A stretch of DNA of 64,000 nucleotides from an uncultured delta proteobacterium (GTDB taxonomy: Bacteria > Myxococcota > UBA727 > VGSZ01): assembly GCA_963775425.1 (NCBI GenBank), contig CAVZJB010000017.1:416001-480000 (forward strand), given 5' to 3'. Shown in pieces: positions 57,112 through 64,000 of the stretch. The translations under genes and the position numbers were made by a program. Below the pieces are notes generated by a model. It did not search any database and was not told where the DNA came from. It saw only the letters and a program-made list of their open reading frames with translations. Within the stretch, counting starts at the first letter, position 1. Each line of letters begins with the position of its first letter.

Positions 57112-58875
57112 TCAGCCGCCGCTCTTGCGCTGCAGCTCGACGTAGGTGGCGTACACGCCGTCCTTCTTCGCGAGGAGCTCCGCGTGGGTGCCCTCCTCGA
57201 CGAGCTCGCCCAGGTGCAGGACGAAGATCTTGTCGCTCTTCTCGATGGTGGACAGCCGGTGCGCCACGATCAGCGCCGTCCGCCCCTCGATGAGCTTCTC
57301 CGTCGCGGCCTGCAACAAGCGCTCGGTGTGGCGATCGACGCTGGCGGTGGCCTCGTCGAGGATGAGGATGGGCGGGTCCGTCACCAACGCCCGCGACAAG
57401 GCAAGGAGCTGGCGCTCGCCGAGCGAGAGGTTCTGGCCGCGCTCGGCCACGACGCCGTCGAGCCCGCCGTGGCGCTCGAGCACCAGCTCCGCCTGGCACG
57501 CGCGCACCGCTCGCTCGAGCTGCTCGTCGCTGGCGTCCGGGCTGCCGAAGCGCAGGTTGTCGCGCAGCGTGCCGGCGAACAGGAACACGTCCTGGGGCAC
57601 CGCCGTGGTCAACCGCCGCAGCGCACCCGGGTCCATCTCGCGGATGTCGACGCCGTCGATGGTGATGCGGCCGCCGGTGACGTCGTACAGCCGCGGCACG
57701 AGCTTCATCACGGTGCTCTTGCCGGCGCCGGTATGCCCGACCACCGCCACCCGCTGGCCCTTCTCGACGGCGAGCGTGATGCCCTTCAAGATCTCCGGCC
57801 CGTCGCCGTAGCGGAAGTGCACGTCCTCGAAGCGCAGCTCGCGCGTGAACACCGCCGGCTTGGGGGCCGCCGGCGCGAAGATGGGCTCTTCCTCGTTTTC
57901 GAGGTCGACGATGCGGTCGGCCGCGATGAGCGCGCTCTGGATGACCGTGGTCTTGTTCGAGAGCTCGCGGATGGGAATGAAGAAGCGCCCGAGCGCCTCG
58001 ATGAACGTGACGAGCACGCCGAGCGTGAGCGCGCTGTGCGTGGCGAGGAAGCCGCCGGCGGCGAGCGCGACGGCGACGGCGATCGTGGCGACGCCGTCGA
58101 CGAACGAGAACACGCCGGCGTCGACGGCGATGGCTTGGCGGTTGGCCACCATGTACGCGCGGTTTTCGTCTTCGAAGCGCGCCCGGATGCGCGGCCCTTG
58201 CGCGAAGAGCTGCACGATGGCCATGCCCGACAACATCTCCTGGAGCGACCCGTTCAGCGTGGCGAGCGCCGCCCGCACGCGGCCGAAGGCGATGCGCGAA
58301 CGGCGCCGAAACCACTGCACGCCCACCGCGAGGATGGGGATGGTGACGAGCGTGGCGAACGACAGCTTGACGTCGACGAAGAACAGCATCACCAGGGTGC
58401 CGCTCAGGAAGAGCAGGTCGCCGACGATGCTGACGGCGCCGGAGGAGAACAACTCCGCCACGTTCTCGGTGTCGTTGGACACGCGCGTCATCACCTTGCC
58501 GAGCGGTGTGCGATCGAAGTACGCCATGGGCAGCCGCTGGATCTTGGCGAACAGGCGCGTGCGCAGGTCCCGCACCGCCGACTGTCCCATGCGCTGCATC
58601 ATGAAGAGCTGCGCCATCTCGATGAGCGCCCGCGCGAGGACGCTGACGACGTAGGCGGAGGCCCACAACGCGGTCTTGTCGAGGTCCTTGTGGCGGAAGC
58701 CCTGGTCCACCGCGAACCCGATGAACAGCGGCTGCACGATCTGGGCGGCGGTGAGCGGCGCGTACAGCACGGCCGCGATGCTGAACGTGGTCTTGTGCGG
58801 CACCAGCTCGCGCGCGAGCCGCTTGATCAGCGTCCAGTCGCTGAGCTGCTTCACCGGGCGCGCGGTCGTCGTCAC
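57112..58875 (-). CDS. Heterodimeric ABC exporter subunit (MdlB-like)
   Basis: TMD + GHTGAGKST, LSLGERQ, ILDEAT, AHRL. Confidence 0.9.
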   Translation of the reverse strand: MTTTARPVKQLSDWTLIKRLARELVPHKTTFSIAAVLYAPLTAAQIVQPLFIGFAVDQGFRHKDLDKTALWASAYVVSVLARALIEMAQLFMMQRMGQSAVRDLRTRLFAKIQRLPMAYFDRTPLGKVMTRVSNDTENVAELFSSGAVSIVGDLLFLSGTLVMLFFVDVKLSFATLVTIPILAVGVQWFRRRSRIAFGRVRAALATLNGSLQEMLSGMAIVQLFAQGPRIRARFEDENRAYMVANRQAIAVDAGVFSFVDGVATIAVAVALAAGGFLATHSALTLGVLVTFIEALGRFFIPIRELSNKTTVIQSALIAADRIVDLENEEEPIFAPAAPKPAVFTRELRFEDVHFRYGDGPEILKGITLAVEKGQRVAVVGHTGAGKSTVMKLVPRLYDVTGGRITIDGVDIREMDPGALRRLTTAVPQDVFLFAGTLRDNLRFGSPDASDEQLERAVRACQAELVLERHGGLDGVVAERGQNLSLGERQLLALSRALVTDPPILILDEATASVDRHTERLLQAATEKLIEGRTALIVAHRLSTIEKSDKIFVLHLGELVEEGTHAELLAKKDGVYATYVELQRKSGG

Positions 58876-60680
58876 TCCGCCGCCCTCTGCCGCCGCTCGA
58901 GCGCCTTGCGCAGCTGCTCCTGCCCCCACAGGTCCGCGTAGAGCCCGCCGAGCTTCAACAGCTCGTCGTGGGTGCCGCGCTCCACGACGCGGCCCTGATC
59001 GAGCGCCACGATCTCGTCGGCCTCGCGCACCGCGCTCAGGCGATGGGAGACGACGATGAGCGTGGCCGCGCTCTTCTTCAGCGCGTTTACGATGTTGGCC
59101 TCGGTCTCCGCGTCCACGGCGCTCAGGCTGTCGTCGAGGAGCAGCAGCGACGGCTTGGCCAGGATGGCGCGGCCGAGCGCGGTGCGCTGCCGCTGCCCAC
59201 CCGAAAGCGTGACGCCGCGCTCGCCGACCATGGTCTTCAGCCCGTCGGGGAAGGCCTCGACGTCGCGCCGCAGGTCGCACAGGTCGATGACGGCCTCGAC
59301 CTCCGCGTCGGTGGCGTCGGGGCGACCGAAGGCGAGGTTGTCCCGCAGCGTGGCCGAAAACAAAAAGCCGTCCTCGGGCACCACGCCGATGCCCTTGTGC
59401 AGCGCGCGCAGGTGCCACTCGTTGACGTCGACGTCGTCGATGAAGAGGCTGTCGCGCGGACACGGCACCTGGCGCGCCACCGCGCGCAGGAGCGTGGACT
59501 TGCCCGAGGCGTTCTTGCCCACCACGCCGAGCACGTGCCCGGGGGCCACCTCGGCGTCGAAGTCCTGGAGCGCGAGCACGCCCGGCGCCACCTCCACGGT
59601 GAGCTTCTTGGCGCGCAGCTTGCCTGTGACGGCCTTTTCGACGGGGCCGTCGACGATGTCCGGCCGCACCGCGAGCACCTCGTTGATGCGCGCGAGGCTC
59701 GCCTTGCCGCGCTGGTACACGCTCACGATGAAGCCCATGGCGATGGTGGGCCACGCGAGCTGGATGAGGCGCGTGTTCATCTCGACGACGTCGCCGACCT
59801 CGAGCCGACCGGCGATGATGGCGCGGCCGCCGACGTAGAGCGACACGCCGATGGCGACGCTGCCGAGCGCGGCCATGACGGGGCCCATGGCGAGCCGGAT
59901 GGTGGCGAGGCGCATGGCGGCTTCGTAGACGGCGTCGGCGCTCTTCCTGAAGCGCGCCACCTCGCCGTCCTCGCGCGAGAACGCGCGCACCACCTGCTGC
60001 CCGGCGAGGTTCTCCTGCACCGCCGCCGTCATCCTGCCGAGCGCCACCTGGTTTTCGCGCGTGCGGCGGAACATCGCGCGCGACACGCTCTGCGCCGACA
60101 CGATGATGAGCGGGAACGGCAGGAGCACGAGCGCGGCGACCTTGGCGTCGATGGAGATCATCAGCGGGATGTTGGCGACGAAGACGATCCCTGCGTTGAG
60201 CGCGTTGAGGAGCGCGAAGCCCGCCATCAAGCGCACCGCCGTCATGTCGTTGGTGAGGCGGCTCATCAAGTCGCCCACGGAGCTCTTGCGGTAGTACGTG
60301 GGCGACAGCGTGGACAGGTGCGAGAACAGCTCGGAGCGCAGGGCGCGCTCGACGTCACGCCCGACGTTGAACAGCACGATGCGCGACATCACCCGCGCCG
60401 CGGCGCCGACCGCCGCGGCGACGGCGATGGCGATGACCACCCCCCAGATGCCCGGCCGGTCCACCCCGAACACCGACAGCACCGAGGCACCGTGAGGCGC
60501 CTTGCCCTCGACGGCGGCGATGCCCTCGTTCACCAGCCGCGGGATGGTGAGGAGCAGGCCGTTGGTGACGGCGAGCCAGACGACGCCGATGAGGGCGTGG
60601 CGCAGGTGGGGGATGAACAGCACGAGCAGGGACGGGGTCCGCCCTGCGGGTCGCTCGCCGAGTACCGTCACGCCGGCCAT
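58872..60680 (-). CDS. Heterodimeric ABC exporter subunit (MdlA-like, degenerate Walker B)
   Basis: TMD + GKNASGKST, LSGGQRQR, LLDDSLSAVD. Confidence 0.9.
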   Translation of the reverse strand: MAGVTVLGERPAGRTPSLLVLFIPHLRHALIGVVWLAVTNGLLLTIPRLVNEGIAAVEGKAPHGASVLSVFGVDRPGIWGVVIAIAVAAAVGAAARVMSRIVLFNVGRDVERALRSELFSHLSTLSPTYYRKSSVGDLMSRLTNDMTAVRLMAGFALLNALNAGIVFVANIPLMISIDAKVAALVLLPFPLIIVSAQSVSRAMFRRTRENQVALGRMTAAVQENLAGQQVVRAFSREDGEVARFRKSADAVYEAAMRLATIRLAMGPVMAALGSVAIGVSLYVGGRAIIAGRLEVGDVVEMNTRLIQLAWPTIAMGFIVSVYQRGKASLARINEVLAVRPDIVDGPVEKAVTGKLRAKKLTVEVAPGVLALQDFDAEVAPGHVLGVVGKNASGKSTLLRAVARQVPCPRDSLFIDDVDVNEWHLRALHKGIGVVPEDGFLFSATLRDNLAFGRPDATDAEVEAVIDLCDLRRDVEAFPDGLKTMVGERGVTLSGGQRQRTALGRAILAKPSLLLLDDSLSAVDAETEANIVNALKKSAATLIVVSHRLSAVREADEIVALDQGRVVERGTHDELLKLGGLYADLWGQEQLRKALERRQRAAE

Positions 60681-60703
60681 GGGTCGGCCGGTCTATCGCC
60701 TCT

Positions 60704-61492
60704 TCACGGGTCCGTCACGCCTGTCACGAGGTCGCCGGCCACCCAACGCTGCGCCCTCGCGACCGTCCCGTCCTCGTTGTATTCGGTCCACGGGCCGTCG
60801 CGATGACCGTGTAGAAAATTTCCTTCGGAAGACTTCTGGCCGTTGTCGTACCAGGTGGTGAACACGCCCTCGGCGTAGCCGTCCTTGAACACCCCGTCGC
60901 TCACGAGCTGACCGCCCTCGCTCCAGTGGCGCTCACGGCCCTGCGCGAGGCCGTCCTTGAAGTACGACTCGCCCTCGATCTGGCCGGACTCGTACCAGGT
61001 GACCCAGTGGCCGTCGGCGGCGCCGTTTTCGTACGCCTCCACCGCCTTCTTCTTGCCGGACGAAAACCAGTGCTGCCACGGACCCGTGCGCACGCCGACG
61101 TCGAAGGTTCCTTCGGACTGCTTGGCACCGTTCCAGTAGTAGCGCGTCCAGTGGCCGTCCTCGACGTCGTTGTTGAAGCGCCCCTCGGCCTTCTTGTGGC
61201 CGTTGGACCAGTACTCCGTGACCGCTCCGTTCTTCTGCGCGCCGACGTACTCGGCCACGATCTCGGGGTTGCCGTTGCTGTAGCTGCGGGTGCGCGTCAC
61301 GACGTTGGGCTTCATCACCTGGGCGATGACGAGCACGGTGAGGACGGGGATGCCCAAGATGAGCGCCGCCAGCGTCAGGCGCGCCTGGCGGCGCCGGCGC
61401 ACGAAGGCGCGCTCCTCGGCGGCGGTCAGCTCACGGCCTCCCAGGCCGGACCCGGCGGAGAAAGAGGAGGCGGGGACGTCGGAAAAGGCCAT
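60704..61492 (-). CDS. Membrane-anchored MORN-variant repeat protein (YwqK-like)
   Basis: One TM segment, then repeated G.W..W..NG.K..EG.F units. Confidence 0.85.
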   Translation of the reverse strand: MAFSDVPASSFSAGSGLGGRELTAAEERAFVRRRRQARLTLAALILGIPVLTVLVIAQVMKPNVVTRTRSYSNGNPEIVAEYVGAQKNGAVTEYWSNGHKKAEGRFNNDVEDGHWTRYYWNGAKQSEGTFDVGVRTGPWQHWFSSGKKKAVEAYENGAADGHWVTWYESGQIEGESYFKDGLAQGRERHWSEGGQLVSDGVFKDGYAEGVFTTWYDNGQKSSEGNFLHGHRDGPWTEYNEDGTVARAQRWVAGDLVTGVTDP

Positions 61493-61651
61493 AGCTCCAC
61501 CCTAGCGTACGCGACCGACACCGGCGCCCCTCCGCCGGTTCCGATCCGTGCGCTCGCGCACGGAATTCGGGCGATTCGACACGGGTTGTCCGCGGCGCTC
61601 AGCCAAACGCGCGTCCTCCGCCGTGGCACGCATCGTGGTTTCGCAGTGAGC

Positions 61652-62122
61652 ATGGACACGACCGCACGCGACCACCGCCACCCCAAGGCCCCTCAGGTCG
61701 ACGACGTCGTGCGGCACATCATGGAGCGCCACCACGCCTACGCTCAGGCCATGATCACGGTGCTGAGGCCGCAGCTCCGGCGCGCGCTGGCCACCGCCGG
61801 CAGCGGCGCCCCGCTCGTGGACGCCTCGGCCGCCTTCGACGAGCTCTCGCTCAGGCTGCTGAGCCACCAGGAGCGCGAAGAGACCGAGGTGTTCCCCGCC
61901 ATCATCGACGGCAACCCCGATGCCGCCGGCCTCGTCGACGGCGCCGAGCTCGACCACCGACGGCTCTACCGTCTGCTCGACCTGCTCAACGACGCCGTCG
62001 GGCGCTTGCCGCGTGGGGAGCACGCCGCGGTGGCCGCCGGGCTCCTGAGCCTGAGCGCGGATGTGCGCAAGCACCTCGACCTCGAAAAGGAGCAGGTGTA
62101 CTCGCAAGTGCGCCGCCCGTGA
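61652..62122 (+). CDS. Hemerythrin-like domain protein (RIC/ScdA-related)
   Basis: HIMERHH, H..REE..VFP, DH, HLDLE. Confidence 0.75.
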   Translation: MDTTARDHRHPKAPQVDDVVRHIMERHHAYAQAMITVLRPQLRRALATAGSGAPLVDASAAFDELSLRLLSHQEREETEVFPAIIDGNPDAAGLVDGAELDHRRLYRLLDLLNDAVGRLPRGEHAAVAAGLLSLSADVRKHLDLEKEQVYSQVRRP

Positions 62123-62132
62123 GCAGCGCTCT

Positions 62133-62559
62133 TCAGCTCCCGATGCCGAAGACCACGTCGACGTGCGAACTGATGCTCATCTGTCCTGGAGCGAACGCGC
62201 CGTCGACGAAGGCGCCGCTTCGATAGCTCTCCACCGCGTTTTTCGTCCACCTGCGGACGTGCAGGTACAGGGGCTGTCCTTGCCGGTCGGTCTCGTACTC
62301 GGGCGTGAGCCCCACCGACGTCACGCGCACGCCCGCGGCGCCGATGCCGGCGTGGGTGGCGGCGTCGATGACCGCGGCCGTCCGGGTCTGCACCGTCGCC
62401 GGACACCGACAACGACGGCGGCGCGGCCTGCGCCTGCGACGGCGTGCGCCCGGCGACAACGCCGACGACGACCGCGGCGGGGATGTTGGAGCCGAGGGCG
62501 AGCGAGAGACCGAGCGGGATCATCTTGAGCACGAGACCTCGTTGGGCATGGGTGCTCAT
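62133..62559 (-). pseudogene. Degenerate SIMPL (DUF541)-like gene, frameshifted and internally shortened
   Basis: SLSVSG in one frame; GI..V..VGLTPEY and APGQMSISSHVDVVF in another; only about 140 codons in total. Confidence 0.55.
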
Positions 62560-62623
62560 CGAACGCGCCCGTTGGCGGCGCTCTTTCGACGCCCGCGTGA
62601 AGATCCCGTAAAGGCCGCGCGGG

Positions 62624-63523
62624 CTACAGCAGGTGCGCCGCGAGGAAGCCCGTGGTGCGCTCGAGGTACTGCGCGCGGTCGAAGCTCAGCCCCTGCGTGT
62701 GGCCGGCGCCCTCGAGCAGCCAGAGCTCGTCGTCGGGGCCGCGGCTCGCGGCCTTCAGGCGTTTGGCGTGCTCGACGGGGATTCGCTGGTCCGCGGTGCC
62801 GTGCAGGAAGAAGATCGGCCGCGGCGCGATCCTGGGGACCGCGGCGATGGGCGGGATCTCGGCGAGGTCGATGCCGTCGATGACGCGCGCGGCGACGGTG
62901 ACACCCGGGGCGAAGAGCGCGCCGAAGTGCACCTTGCGGTCGAGCTCGCCGATCATGAGGTCGCGGACGTCGGCGAAGGCGCTGTCGGCGACGACGGCGC
63001 CGACCTCCGGGATGGCGGCGGTGGCCAACAGCGCGGTGCCCGCGCCGAACGACGTGCCGTGGATGCCGATATGGCCGGGCTTGAACCCGCGCTGCAGGAG
63101 GATGTCCACGGCGGCGCGCACGTCGCCGCGCTCGCGCCACCCGAGCCCGAGCTCGTCGCCGCCCGACTTCCCTTGGGCGCGCAGGTCGAACACGAGCACC
63201 GTGAAGCCCTTCTTCAGGTACTCGTGCGCGAGCGGGATGTGCGCGCCGGTCCAGTCGCAGGAGTCGAGCCCGTGCAACAACACCACTGCCTTGTCGCGCC
63301 CCTGTGCGTCTGCGTCGGCGGGCGGCGACAGGAGCCAGCCGTCGAGGGGCGTGTGGTCGTCGTGGCTGTGGAAGTGAAGGTGCTCGGCGCCGGGGACGTC
63401 CGGGACGGCGCACACGGAGCGCTTCGGCGTGAGCGCGACGTGGAGCACCGCGACCGAGGCTGCGGCGTACGCCACGAGCAGCGCGGCGGCGGCGGCGAGC
63501 GCGATGCGCAGGCGGCGCTTCAT
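62624..63523 (-). CDS. Alpha/beta hydrolase with N-terminal anchor
   Basis: LLHG, FDLRAQGKS, GTSFG nucleophile, HGTADQRIP, GAGH. Confidence 0.88.
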   Translation of the reverse strand: MKRRLRIALAAAAALLVAYAAASVAVLHVALTPKRSVCAVPDVPGAEHLHFHSHDDHTPLDGWLLSPPADADAQGRDKAVVLLHGLDSCDWTGAHIPLAHEYLKKGFTVLVFDLRAQGKSGGDELGLGWRERGDVRAAVDILLQRGFKPGHIGIHGTSFGAGTALLATAAIPEVGAVVADSAFADVRDLMIGELDRKVHFGALFAPGVTVAARVIDGIDLAEIPPIAAVPRIAPRPIFFLHGTADQRIPVEHAKRLKAASRGPDDELWLLEGAGHTQGLSFDRAQYLERTTGFLAAHLL

Positions 63524-63652
63524 CGGGCCAACTTTCCACGAACGCCGTGCGGGGTCTACGCCCGCCCGCCAGCATCGGGCACATCGGCGGCTACCGCGTC
63601 GACGCCGTCGTCGACGTCGGCGGCATGGGCGGGCTCGCGGCTCCGTGACGCG

Positions 63653-64000
63653 CTACGGGTGGCTCGCCGCCATCCGCTCGAGCACGCGCGGCGCGGGGCG
63701 GAACAAGTGGGCGTGGCTCCTCGTCAACAGCCACGCGATGGCGGCGGCGTTCAACGCGTTCGACGTCGACGTCTCCCAGAAATGCATGAAGCGCACCTCG
63801 GGAGGCATCAGCGGGTTCGGCAACAGGTGCACGTCGTTTTGCACGAGCGCGAACAGGAGCGCGACGAGGACGCCGCCCACCCACGCGGGGCCGCGCGTGG
63901 TGCGCAGCACCGCGGCGGCGCACGCCACCCACAACAGGCCGCGGAGCCACTCGAACGGGATGACCACGGGGTCGGCGGCGAACATGCGCGAGAAGTGGGT
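63653..64000 (-). CDS. C-terminal part of a membrane protein (runs in from beyond the window)
   Basis: Hydrophobic ORF with LLPNPLMPPEVRFMHFWET; frame appears open to the window edge. Confidence 0.6.
   Translation of the reverse strand, partial: THFSRMFAADPVVIPFEWLRGLLWVACAAAVLRTTRGPAWVGGVLVALLFALVQNDVHLLPNPLMPPEVRFMHFWETSTSNALNAAAIAWLLTRSHAHLFRPAPRVLERMAASHP

Noticed and set aside
60704-61492. YwqK-like protein as a toxin-antitoxin module
   Set aside because: No adjacent toxin gene; it is a generic membrane-anchored MORN-variant repeat protein.
63590-63650. GC-rich hairpin as an intrinsic terminator
   Set aside because: No U-tract, and GTCGAC-rich palindromes are common throughout this sequence.

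Overview
High-GC chromosomal segment, most likely from a Myxococcota/deltaproteobacterium (inferred from FHA/Ser-Thr kinases, an ElbD-like enzyme and myxobacterial pfa gene order). About 40 genes are supported; I found no rRNA, tRNA, CRISPR or mobile element. Main blocks: (1) a BMP-type ABC importer whose ATPase is fused to a permease through an 18-bp tandem repeat; (2) an elb-like lipid operon (LarA-like protein, FAR-adenylation-acyltransferase-SCP2 megaenzyme with no visible ACP, methyltransferase, SDR); (3) hutH, comEA-like, panE-like, glpAB, a hybrid kinase and aspS; (4) a stressosome operon (rsbR-S-T-X) followed by a histidine kinase and REC-HDOD/HD regulators; (5) a PUFA-synthase-like cluster (pfaD, pfaA-like, pfaBC-like). 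The strongest observation is in the pfaA-like gene. It is split exactly between the ACPs and the KR-DH domains by a slippery heptamer C_CCT_TTC, an immediate TGA, and an 11-bp hairpin 6 nt downstream. This is the layout of a programmed -1 ribosomal frameshift that would give two PKS isoforms. Three other frame breaks (pfaD, the kinase, the SIMPL gene) show no such signal and look like sequence errors or decay.
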